64,000 nucleotides of DNA from Camelus ferus (lineage: Eukaryota), in assembly GCF_009834535.1 (NCBI RefSeq), contig NC_045697.1:113586001-113650000 (forward strand). Reading direction: 5' to 3'. Below, in pieces: positions 12,420 through 23,240 of the stretch (positions are counted from its first letter, which is position 1; each line of letters opens with the position of its first letter). Below the pieces are notes generated by a model. It did no database searches. It saw nothing but the letters and a program-made list of their open reading frames with translations, and was not told the DNA's origin. The position numbers were made by a program, and so were the translations under genes.

Positions 12420-14560
12420 CAGAAATGAGGGATAAATTGAAGAATACCAGTTATTATTAAAGAAAAAAGAAAAAATGAATGACAATCTCTGCTTCTAAAA
12501 CATTAAGTCCGCATGGTTTTTCAGGAAAAAATCCCTATGAAGTTTAAGAAACATAAGACTAATGTTGTTTAAATTGTAGCATAGCCTACAGAATGGGAGA
12601 AAATATTTGCAAACATTGAGACCACAAAGGGATTAATTTTCAAAATGTACAAACAGTTCATATGCATACTCAAAAAAACAACTCAATCCAAAATGGGTAG
12701 AAGACCTAAAGAGACATTTCTCCAAAGAAGACATCCAGATGGCCAACAGGCACATGAAACGATGCTCAACATCACTAATTATTAGAGAAATGCAAATCAA
12801 AACTAAAATGAGGTATCACCTCACATCAATCAGGATGGCCATCATTAAAAAGTTCACAAACAATAAATGCTGGAAAGGATGTGGAGTAAAAGGAACCCTC
12901 CTACACTGTTAGTTGGACTGTAACTTGATGAGCACTAGTTACAATAACCTAGACAGAAGCGAACTAATTGTCCATTAACAGATGACTGGATAATGAAGAT
13001 GCGGTGTGTATAGATATGTATATATACAGTGGAATAATACTTAACTCTAAAAAAGAATGAAATACTGCCATTTGCAGCAACATGGATGGACCTAGAAATT
13101 ATCATAGTGAGTGAAGTCAGTCAGACATACAATGTTTTACATCACTTACATGTAGACTCTTTAAAAAAGGATACAAATGAATTTATTTACAAACTGGAAA
13201 TAGACTCACAGACATAGAAGACAAACTTGGTTACTAAAGGGGAAAGGGGTGTGGGATAGGGATAAATTAGGATTTCGGGATTAACGTATACACACTACTA
13301 TATATAAAATAGATAAACAAGGACCTACTGTATAACACAGGGAACTGTATTCAGTATCTTGTGATAAGCTATAATGGAAAATATCTGAAAATACATTATA
13401 TATATATAGGCACACACACACACACATATATATAAAACTGAATCACTTTTCTGTACACCTGAAGCTACCAAATTATACATAAACAATTCTTCAATAAAAG
13501 TTTTGAAAAAATAATAAATTGTACTACAGCACAGAACATGTACAAATGCTTCAGAATTATTTTATGTAGATTTATAACATTTATACCAAAATCCAACCAA
13601 GACTGCATATACACAACTAGAAAAAATAAACTAATCTCATTTAATAATACTGGTAAAAATCTTAGAGAAAAATATAAGCCTAAACAGCTAGGCTTTAAAA
13701 TGAATTACATATAATACCATGAAGATGTTTATGCCAGCAACTCGATGCTTCAGTATTAAGGAAAGGTTTGTTACAGTTCTTCACATGAATAGAACAGGAG
13801 AAAAATTATTTAATCTGTTCAATTTTGAGAAACCTATGATACAAAATTTAAAATTTATTCTTGAGTTAAAAAAAACTCTTAATGTATAAATTTTACCTGT
13901 ATTAAAATCAACTTGAAAACCCCACTAACATTCTCATTGAAATAATAAATAAGACCAAATTCTCCGCTATTACTACCATTATTCAATATTGTAAGGGAGA
14001 TAGTGTCAACACATTTTGGTTAAAAAATGTTATTGTATTGGATACGATAAAATAATACTTAATTGCAACGAATGATTAGAAAACTCTTGGACCGAAGAGC
14101 TATACAATTCTGTAATGAATCTGTAAATCTGATATTGATTCCAATATCAAATTTACAATGAGACAAATTAATTACAAGTTTATGTGCAAAAATACACCTG
14201 TTAGATAGCCAGAAAAAACAAAATTGAATAATGGAACCAGAACTAAAGCTAATAAAGATTACTACACATTTATGTAGAGATAGAAAAAATAGAGTATTTT
14301 TAAAAACTCATAAAATGAAGACTTTTCTGTGCATAAGAAATTCAAAAAAAAAAAAACCACAAAGACTGTTAAATTATTTACATGAGGTACAAGAGCCTTA
14401 TGTAGAGCCAACATTACAAAGTAAAAAAAAAAAAAATGAAAATATGGGGTAAAATAACTTCAACATATATTATACATAAGAGTCTGATTTTCTTAAATAA
14501 TAAAAAAGTACCTAAATCAATCATAAAACAACAACAGGAAATAAACTGGTAAAAGTAAAG
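12420..14560 (+). mobile_element. Very decayed ancient L1 ORF2, split by a younger L1
   Basis: Degenerate ORF2 motifs ('ataacatttataccaaaatccaaccaagac', 'ctattactaccattattcaatattgta', 'tgattttcttaaataataaaaa') on both sides of the 12585-13514 insert. Confidence 0.55.
12585..13514 (+). mobile_element. L1 3' portion (ORF2 C-terminus + 3'UTR)
   Basis: 'gcctacagaatgggagaaaatatttgcaaac', 'atgcaaatcaaaactaaaatgaggtatcacctcac', 'gccatttgcagcaacatggatggacctaga', 3'UTR and AATAAA; TSD-like TAAATTGTA at 12570-12578 and 13515-13523. Confidence 0.93.
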
Positions 14561-15049
14561 ATTTGTGCAGACTATGCAGAAAGAAATTTATTTTCTTGAT
14601 TATTCACTAACATTTGGTAATATCAAATTTTCTGATTTTTTTTTAATCAATCTCATAGGTTAACAAAATTTGCTGATCACTAATGCTCATAACATAGAAT
14701 TTCCTTTCTGATAATTGGCTATTCATAATTTTACTTTTTTTTTCCTATTAGTGTTGTAGTTTGTTTACAAAACTCTCTTGCATTTTCTGAATATTAATTT
14801 ATATTTTTTCACATCACACCAGTTTTTTAAAAATGTGTTACTGCTTCTTAACTTTATGCATGAAGTCTTTTCTTGGTTATGGATTACCTCTGAAAAAAAA
14901 TTAATTTTGATATAATAATATATATCATTAAGTCATTGAAATTAACTGTGATTATAGCTTATTATAGGCTTATATAACTTAATTTTACGTGAAGTATCAA
15001 CTCTACTTTTTATTTTTTTCCCTTTTTCGATATAGTTCAAATATATATT

Positions 15050-16200
15050 TCTGCTTCACAATGTGTACAGGCTAGTTTTGTTCTCTAGATCTCATCCCTG
15101 AAACTCACAAACACATTTATTTTTCTTATCAATTTTATAAGACTATAAGTACCCTTGAGAGAAAAAACTAACTCACAAGGCACCATTCTGTGGTGTCCCG
15201 TACCCTACTTCCAGCCTTCCATTATGGTGTAATTTTCTAGAAATTTTATTCTAGATTATCAATAAAGAAGTATCTTTTTTCTTTTCTCCTCTCCATTTTT
15301 TTTTTTCGCTTATTAAGGAGATAAAAAGTTTCAAACCTACATATCTAGCAAAACTTCCATTATCATATAGTACCCTGCTTGATGTATTTCTTTCTTGCAG
15401 GAATTCAACTTGGGTCTATATGTTAAGCTTTCTGAAACCTTGTTTTTCTCCTTCACTTAACTAGAAAGAAAAATTGAATTTTGAGGTTTCATTTTTTCCT
15501 AACTCCATTTTATTTTTCACAAAGTATAACTTATAATGTCAAATTGATTCTTTGCTAGCTAATTTACTTTTTCCCCCTGGCACTTTTAGGATGTTCCAGT
15601 TTTCTTTGATGATTTAAAATTTTGTGACTACAAAATGCATGTGGAATTTTGCTTGGCGCTTTATAAAACCGGAGATCATTCTCTCATTCTGAGAAGTTTC
15701 CCTGTAATTATTTCTAAAAGAAATTGCCTTACCAGTATTTATTTCTTGTAAATCTATGAAATTTACATAGATTAAATAAAATTGGAATTATACTTCCAAC
15801 TTCTGTATCTCTTTTACATTACTTTTAAAATTTCTTCTTCTCTTCCTAACATCTTCTGAGAAAGTTATTTTGCCTAATCTTGCAGGTCAATAACTCATCC
15901 CTCTCCTGTTTTTATTCTAGAATGCAGTCCATCTGTTGAGTTACTATCTCAACTATTGTTTTTTAGTAATAATACCTTCTATTTGGTTTTTATGACTTCA
16001 TGTGCCTTCTTACTGCTCCAATGTCTTCCCTTATCGCTTTGTAAATACTGAATATGCTTTATTTTTCATTATTGTTTATTGCCTAAGTTACTTCTGCCTC
16101 ATCTGCTCTTAGGTTTCTTTCTCCTTCAGCTGCAGCATGCCAAAGATTTATCTGATTTTCCTGGGAGTTCTTAGTTTTTTGAAGCTATATTCATGGCAGT
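15050..16200 (-). mobile_element. Ancient L1/HAL1-like ORF1-region fossil
   Basis: Pyrimidine-rich antisense ORF1-like motifs ('ttctgagaagtttccctgtaattatttc', 'gtccatctgttgagtt'). Confidence 0.45.
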
Positions 16201-16290
16201 TGATGACGTGTAGGTTGGAGGAGCAGCTAAAGTCTGAAATCAGATGCTAGCTTATGCCTTGTGTGATGATTCTGAAGCAGGGATGACAAG

Positions 16291-17260
16291 TGTGAAATAA
16301 AATTCACATTTTGTGGTGTCAACTGAAATAAACGCACAGCCTAAAAGTTGAGAGTTATGTTTTATTTGGCGGGAGGACTCAAGCCAGGATGACAGCCTCT
16401 CGGATCGCTCTGAGGGGCTGCTCCGAAGAGGTAGGGCAGGAGCTAGGATATATAGGAGTTTTACAGCAAAGACAAGGTAGTTGGCACATTAAAAGATTAC
16501 TTGTTATCTAAAGAAAAGCAGGCATCTCAAGTTAAAGAATTTCGTGCTCTTCTATGTATGGGAGGAAGCAAACATTTGGGCTCATTGAATTCATTCCTTT
16601 GACAAGCACCTAGCTGCCTAGGGCCAGTGTCCTGTCCCTTCTTATTCTGAGTCCCCTCAGGGTGCACCATTGTGAGTGGCTGCAGAGGTGGGGCTGCAGG
16701 CTTGTCTTCACTGAGGGGTGGCAGCAGCCACTGATGACTTGACGGCTTCAGCATTCTTTGTTTGCTGATGTGGTTTGCAGTATTTTTCGTTCACAGTAGC
16801 AAGACAAGAAGAATTTAAATATAAAGAAATTTTTTCCTCTGACCTTTGGCCTCCTCTCCCCCTTCCCCCCTGTGCATTGTGTTTCTGCATTGCGCATCCA
16901 TCAAACCTACCCATTGGCAGAAATACCTGTTCAACCACAAAGATTAACAGTCTCCCAGCATCAACAAGACAGCTTCTTAAAACATAACATCCCTTCTTGA
17001 TCTTGTAAGGGATCGCAATGACACTAAGATCTTGAGGAAGGCAGTAAGAAAAGGAACTGAAACTCGGAACTATTGTCTGGAGACTTCTTGAAAAGTTTAA
17101 AATTAACCCTCTTAAAATTAACCTAGAGTTGGCCTTAGGAAATACTTTTGCTTGGGTAATGGAAAAGGCTAGGTTGTAGAAACCCAAAGCCCTGACTTGA
17201 TTTAATATATGTATAAATATCCAACCACATTGCTTGAGGGACCTGGCTGCTAAATCTTGT
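16291..17260 (+). mobile_element. Putative ERV LTR hosting a second LTR
   Basis: Starts TGTGAAATAAAATTCAC and resumes after the inner LTR with LTR-like 'ttttcctctgacctttggcctcctctccc...tgtgcattgtg'; TATA-like 'gtataaata' near 17211. The 3' end is uncertain next to the gap. Confidence 0.45.
16317..16795 (-). mobile_element. ERV1-type solo LTR
   Basis: TG...CA termini; 4-bp TSD GTGG/GTAG (one mismatch); minus-strand TATA (cctatatatcc) and AATAAA ('ttttatt' near 16361); GC-rich relative to flanks. Confidence 0.85.
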
Positions 17261-17274
17261 TTCTTCTATTCTAT

Positions 17275-17371
17275 TCTCTTCCTCCCTCCCCTCCCGTCTC
17301 CTTCCCTCCCTCCCTCTTTTCTTTCTTTCTTTCTCTTTCTTTCTTTCTTTCTTCTTTCTTTCTTTCTTTCT

Positions 17372-17408
<37 letters not shown>

Positions 17409-17410
17409 TT
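17275..17410. repeat. (CCCT)n/(TTTC)n polypyrimidine microsatellite
   Basis: Directly visible; runs into the N gap. Confidence 0.97.
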
Positions 17411-17510
17411 NNNNNNNNNNNNNNNNNNNNNNNNNNNNNNNNNNNNNNNNNNNNNNNNNNNNNNNNNNNNNNNNNNNNNNNNNNNNNNNNNNNNNNNNNN
17501 NNNNNNNNNN
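17411..17510. other. Assembly gap (100 N)
   Basis: Exactly 100 N, the conventional placeholder for a gap of unknown size. Confidence 0.99.
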
Positions 17511-17580
17511 CTGTGGTCAGGCAGCTCACAGAGACTAAAATACTGAGCAACACTTTCTCACTAACCGATTCCAAAACTGC

Positions 17581-18123
17581 TGTATTGACTTTGTATTGCT
17601 GCATAAAAATCACCACAAACTTACCAGCTAAAACACCACCCTTGTATTATCTGCCACCTAGGTCAGAAGTCCAGGCATGTCCTTATGGGCCCTGTGCACA
17701 GGTTATCACACCCCAGAAAGTAGATTTTGGCCAGGGATGAGGCTCAGGGCCCACTTCAAGCTCATGTAACTGTTGACGGAGTTCATTTTCTTCCAGCTGT
17801 TCGAACACATGGGAAGGTGCTTAGTGAAGACTAAATGGGTAAACTCTCTGATTTCAGCAAGAGCCTAAACAGTCTTTTAATGACTCATTTGATAAGGTCA
17901 GGCTCACCCAGAATAAGTTTCTTTTTGACTAGTTCAATGCTAAACTGCTTAAAGGCTTTACTTATGTCTGCAAAATGCCTCCACCTTTGCCATTTGATGT
18001 AATAAATCATGAGAGTAAATTCCATCACATTCATAAATTTTTCCTATAAACAAAGGGAGGAGATTATGGAGTGTGTTAAGAAATGAGAATCTCTGGGGCC
18101 ATTTTAGAATTCTTCCTGCCACA
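17581..18123 (-). mobile_element. MaLR LTR, MLT1E-like
   Basis: 'tgtattgactttgtattgctgcataaaaatcaccacaaactta', 'aggtcagaagtccaggcatg', end 'ggggccattttagaattcttcctgccaca'. Confidence 0.85.
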
Positions 18124-18519
18124 CTTGCCAAGCAGAGAATTCACTCTTCAAGCAGTTAATATGGAATAAAGAGGGATGTCAAGACTTAACTAAAATTTTT
18201 CACTGAAAAACATCTGGCTAAAGGAAAGAATGTCTCCAATGAAGATCTTTGTTATGTTTTATTTTAAACATTTATTGAGTCAAATTTCCCTAGTGAAAAA
18301 AATAGTGTTCAATGTATGTTCTAACTTTCCCCAATTAACGCTTTAAGAATTCAAGAGGGATACAGCTCATAATATATTTTCAAACTCTCATGCACTTACA
18401 TTGTAGCTTCTATGTGATTTGAGCTAATGGTAGATACAAATTTTAAAATGTGGAAGAGACTATTTTAAAGCTTTGTGCTTCACTTTCAATCTTACAGATT
18501 ACAATTCTCTAGTATTCTC

Positions 18520-19520
18520 CATCTGTTCATCTGTTTTTCCACCTTTTCTTATATTTCATTGAAAATACTAAACATAAATGTAACATTCTTGCCTGTTAAC
18601 ACCAATATTTAGCTTACATTAGGATTTACTTCAATTGACTGAATTTTCTCTTATGTTTTGGACATTTGGTCCTATCTTTTGGCAACCCTGGTAATTTTAT
18701 TAATTACCAGATATTGTTTGAAAAGTAGAGGTTCTAAATTATGTCATATTCTATCAAAGAGGGTTTACCCTTTGCTCTGCTAGGAAAATAGAGCTCGTAA
18801 CTAATGAACTTAATCTAATTACGAACTTGCTGAGTTTGAGATGGAACAGAGTTGCAGTAATAATGTGTCCTTATCTGTTTGACACCCACTTCTCATCATG
18901 AGCCTCCAATAATTTCAACTGAGAGCCAGAGATATTCATTGAGGTTGGTCCCCCAGTGAGCTCTAAACTTGATAATCTTTGTTCAGCACAGTGAGACAAG
19001 GGAAAACTGTTCCATTTTTTAGAAAGTTTTGACCCACTCATTTTTTAGAAAGTTTTGACCCACTCTCTTCTCCTCTTACTGACATAGTTTATACTTTTGA
19101 AAATGTCTTGATTAAAAAATTATCTGTATTTATGCTCAGTTCTATGACTCTTGTTTTTAATCAGAAATTTGCTTTCTCTGATCTCCAAATTCCAAGTCTT
19201 CAGTCACACAGCAAATCAAAACACTTGCTGAGTTCTCTCTCAGCTGCCGTCCTCTTCCAAGCCCTGTGCCTACAGCCTCACCCTCTTTCCCTGCACCTAG
19301 AAACAGGCATATCCTAAAAAACTGGCTGCCGGCCATCTTCTCACCTCTCTGCATTCCCCTTCTAGGGAACGTCAAATTTTCGTCATTACCTCAGCAGCAT
19401 TCTGCTGTCTATAAAAAAAAATTAAAAACCCAAGTTAGTAAATAAATAAATTTGCAATTTTTCTAGGTTTCTAGATCATTTCTCTGGAAGGATTGTTAAG
19501 CTATACACTACTCTGTCTTA
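18520..19520 (-). mobile_element. Ancient L1 5'UTR-like fossil
   Basis: Degenerate antisense L1ME-like 5' motifs ending 'tactctgtcttagccagaagcagaa'. Confidence 0.4.
19013..19064. repeat. Perfect 26-bp tandem duplication
   Basis: CATTTTTTAGAAAGTTTTGACCCACT x2 (19013-19038, 19039-19064). Confidence 0.97.
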
Positions 19521-19741
19521 GCCAGAAGCAGAAATTTTCTGCTGACCTAGTTTCAAAAGAGCCTGAATTCTTGCCTCAAATTAATAAATAAGATAATGGA
19601 AATACTGAATTTAAAGGTCTAAATTCAACCACAGAAGTAAAATAAAGTGAGTACATTGGATAAATTTATTGCTACTCTTTAAATAACTTGCCTTCTATTA
19701 CCAAAGTTAAAGATTATGTAGTAAATCATTTGTCTAACTCA

Positions 19742-19800
19742 AGGTCATATTTTAAAAATCTCTAGGTCACATTTTAAAATCACTAGGTTGTATTTTAAAA
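19742..19800. repeat. Degenerate ~21-22 bp tandem repeat, about 2.7 copies
   Basis: AGGTCATATTTTAAAAATCTCT / AGGTCACATTTTAAAATCACT / AGGTTGTATTTTAAAA. Confidence 0.85.
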
Positions 19801-20079
19801 AGCACATCTCGTTGTCTGATTGGTATGCTTTTAAGAAATTCTTAAGGATCATTCTCCAGTGGTAGATGAAAAATTTAGAAAAAATGTACACAATTGTTGG
19901 ATCATCTCTGACATAAGTAAGTATTTTTTTCCTATAGTCTTGAAAGTTATTCTTTACTAAGTATACATTCTACCAGATAAGAAAAATTTATGGCTGTTAA
20001 GATCAGCAAATTTTCTGTATCACTTCAGCATCATAAGTATAGTTAAATATGAATTTTGAGGAAAGTTCAACTATAGAGT

Positions 20080-20142
20080 TTATGTGTATATATATATGTG
20101 TATATATATATGTGTATGTGTATATATATATATATATATATA
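20080..20142. repeat. (TA)n/(TG)n compound microsatellite
   Basis: Directly visible. Confidence 0.95.
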
Positions 20143-20539
20143 AAAATAACATACATAGGAAAGTTTCACTCAGAAGGGATTTTTTTCAGAGGTCACCGAG
20201 TTATATGCAACCATTTTCACTAGAAGGATAATTAGCATCTCTCTGAGTGAACTGTAAAATTTACTCTTCTCAGATCTCCTCTGGCTCTGCTATTTTATGT
20301 TAACCACATTTTAAATGGAATATCTATTTGTCCAAATATATAAAGATGGACATCTACCTTATTGCAATATAAGGTGATAAAAATTACATTTAATTTTAAC
20401 CATCCCACATAAAATTTCACAGTATATAACTGTCTTACTGTACATATATTGCTTTCTTATATGCTGACATTCTGATTTGATTTTCTTAAGGTATATAAAA
20501 TCAGGTCTATGGCTGGGATTGAAAGTCTCCTATTGCTAC

Positions 20540-21310
20540 TTCAGGATTAAAAGCACTATGATATAGATTATATAGATTATAAAAGAAACAGTGAATAAAA
20601 TCTAAATATATCACCCTGGGTTATTATACCGTTAACCTAAAGCAAAGGGATTTGCATTATACATTTAGACAAGGAATTTGAAAGCAAGCAGTGCCGTCTT
20701 CAAGGCAGAGGTTTGATCTTCCATCAGAGAGCACATGACAGACAACATACTGGTGCAACAGACATGAAGGTAAAATATTATTGCTCTAAGAAGTCAACAG
20801 TCTTAGATGTGGATGGAAAGCTTGTGGGAAAGTAGACAGAAGGTTCATACATGTATAAAATGTAGCTTTAATGCAAAATGGTCATGAGAGTTACGGGTGC
20901 ATCCAGGGAAGCACAATATTGCTGTGTTTGAGAGTGTTCTTACAGAAAACTTTTCATTAGACCTAGTATTTTTAAGTAGGGCTGGAGGAATGGGTAAGCT
21001 TTCATTTTGTAAGGTCACTTCAAGGGTAGAAAATGGAGAAGCAGAAGCAGAGATGTGGGAGTGCATCTCAAGTGCAAGATAGAAAGTATCTGTAAATGAA
21101 AAAGGAAGGATGGATGGTGGTCAGGATATGATGGAGTGATGTTTCAAGATGATATTCCTTAATAGCAGTCCTTGGGGGAAGTTCAGGTACAGAGGGAGAA
21201 AGCTGCTATTTGAAGACCATGGTGAACATGGGAATTTGAAATCTATTATAATGGTCCAAACAGAAAAGAATGATGTCTGAACCAGAGTCATAGTGGAAAG
21301 AATGAAAAAG
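20540..21310 (-). mobile_element. L2 LINE fragments
   Basis: Purine-rich L2-antisense motifs ('cattttgtaaggtcacttc', 'ataatggtccaaacagaaaagaatgatgtctgaaccag'). Confidence 0.5.
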
Positions 21311-21489
21311 CAAAAGGCTGTAATCAGTTAGTTAATAACTTACTTTAGCTCAGTACCTACAGTTGCTCATCTTTTCTTAGAAATTTAAATTTGCTCATGC
21401 TAGAAAAAGGAAAACAATGCTAAGTATCTACCCTGTGACAGTTTACATCAACTGTGTTTATAATCTTAAGAAAATGTGTCATAAATCAC

Positions 21490-21560
21490 ATACACTTTGC
21501 AGCTGAGGAAACCAAGACCCAGAGATGGTAAATAACTTTCCCAAGGCCAAGGATAGAGAT
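21490..21560 (-). mobile_element. MIR core fragment
   Basis: 'tttgcagctgaggaaaccaagacccagagatggtaaataactttcccaaggcca' matches the MIR core. Confidence 0.8.
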
Positions 21561-22455
21561 AATAGGAAATATTTACAGTTATATGTAAATCCCTTCATAT
21601 TTTTCATGTAACATGTTTGGATAATTTCTTCAACAATTATATAGGTATATGTATTTTTTCTTACATTAGCTAATGATAAATGATTTTAAAAAATATGATC
21701 TTCAAAGGAGTAGCTTATTTTTCACCATCTATTTAGCAAGTAAAGGGTCACTGATAAGATCAGGTAGATAACACAGCTAAGCTAATCAGTGCAAATTGCT
21801 AACATGGTGGCACTTCTGAGGGAGGTCTGGCTGAGAGCGTCATAACATAGGGCCCTGCGCTTCTGAAAGAGATAAACCCCCATTCCAAACACCCAACAAG
21901 AGTTCATAACAACGGGCAATGGCCCAGAAAGAGTTAAAAAGTATTAAAGTGAAAATGAAAAAAAAGCGAAGAGGAAAAATATCAGGACAAGAGCAGTGTC
22001 ATAAAGTTAAAAAGGAAAAGTGTGATGTACAGGAAAAGTACCCCATCTAGAGAGCTGTGTCCTTGCCCTGAAGGCTGGTTCTCGAGTCTCCTCTCAAAAG
22101 CAAGAAAAGCATAGCTATTCACTTCATTAAAAAAAAAAAAAAATTTAAAGAAAAATATGCTTAAATATCATGGTGTTTTTCTAGCTCTACTGATTTTTCT
22201 ATTGAAAAGGAAAAAAAAGTATGAATGAAAAGAACACAGTCACACAGAGATTTTCCTGAGTGGGCTCTCTTCTTCCTGTCTATATTGTATCAAATAGAAA
22301 AAAAAAAGTGTTTTTTTTCCCTAAACTTAATTTCTGTCTCAATGTTCTGCTTGTCACTAACATGCTAATATATATTTTAAAAAAAGGATGTTTTCTGTAC
22401 ATAGACTTTCCTGTTTGGCTAATGACAGATTAAGTTAGGAAGGATGTAATATTTT

Positions 22456-22974
22456 CATTATTGAGTTGAAGCTCTGATTGCTCACCTCATGACCGGCCAA
22501 TAAATCTAGAGATGAAGTGTTGGGGCAAGGAATGGTGATTTTATTCAGAAAGCCAGCTTACCAAGAAGATGGTGGACTAGTGTCCCAAAGAACCATTTTA
22601 TCAGAGTTAGAATTTAGGCTTCTTTTATACTAAAAGGGGAGGAGGTGTGGTTGGTTGTTGCAGACTTCTTGGTGTTGGACTCCTTTGTTCTTGCAGCTGT
22701 CCACGTGGGTCAGGTCACAGTGTTCCTGTAAACCTCCAACAAGACAAATTTTACTCTCTGTTCTGTTACCTTTTATCTCTATATGAATGGAAAAGTGTTG
22801 CACCCTTAAAGGTCAGAGCCTTGAGAATGGGCTCTTCCGTATATTTCAGGCTCCAGGCAACATCCTTTTACAAAAGGTGCAGAACCAGCATGACTGAGCC
22901 CAGGAAACAGAGCACAGGGTCAGAGCTACAGGAACAGATTTCATACAGAGTCAGATTTGTTCTTCCCTGTTACA
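22456..22974 (-). mobile_element. MER41-like ERV1 solo LTR
   Basis: Minus strand starts TGTAACAGGGAAG; its 3' part GCTGGCTTTCTGAATAAAATCACCATTCCTTGCCCCAACAC resembles MER41-type LTRs and the copy at 26080-26420. Confidence 0.85.
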
Positions 22975-23029
22975 GTCTGTCTAAGGAATGTGACTTGATG
23001 CATAATAAGAGAAAATGCAGAAAGCTTGC

Positions 23030-23240
23030 TACGCATCCACATTGCTTAAGCTCATTGCATATCTTAACCTATTGCACTCTAACAATAACTCATGAGGTGG
23101 GTACAAGTATATTTTAAAGGAAACTGAAGAACAGAAAGGTTAAGGAATGTATCTTAACTTACACAGTGTGTAAATGAGAGAAAAGGGATGCAAACCCAGG
23201 CAGTCAGACACCAAGTTCTCTGATTATAATCACAGTACCA
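23030..23240 (-). mobile_element. MIR
   Basis: 'aacaataactcatgaggtgggtac...aaggaaactgaagaacagaaaggttaagg...gggatgcaaacccaggcagtc'. Confidence 0.8.

Noticed and set aside
17234..17740. ORFs of 93-168 aa spanning 17234-17740
   Set aside because: Artefacts of the TTTC repeat and the N gap.
19742..19800. Short regularly spaced repeats (CRISPR-like check)
   Set aside because: Tandem degenerate units without unique spacers, in mammalian DNA with no cas genes.
16527..23117. ORFs of 75-159 aa inside the LTRs (16527, 16708, 22647)
   Set aside because: They lie in non-coding LTR sequence with no gag/pol/env motifs.
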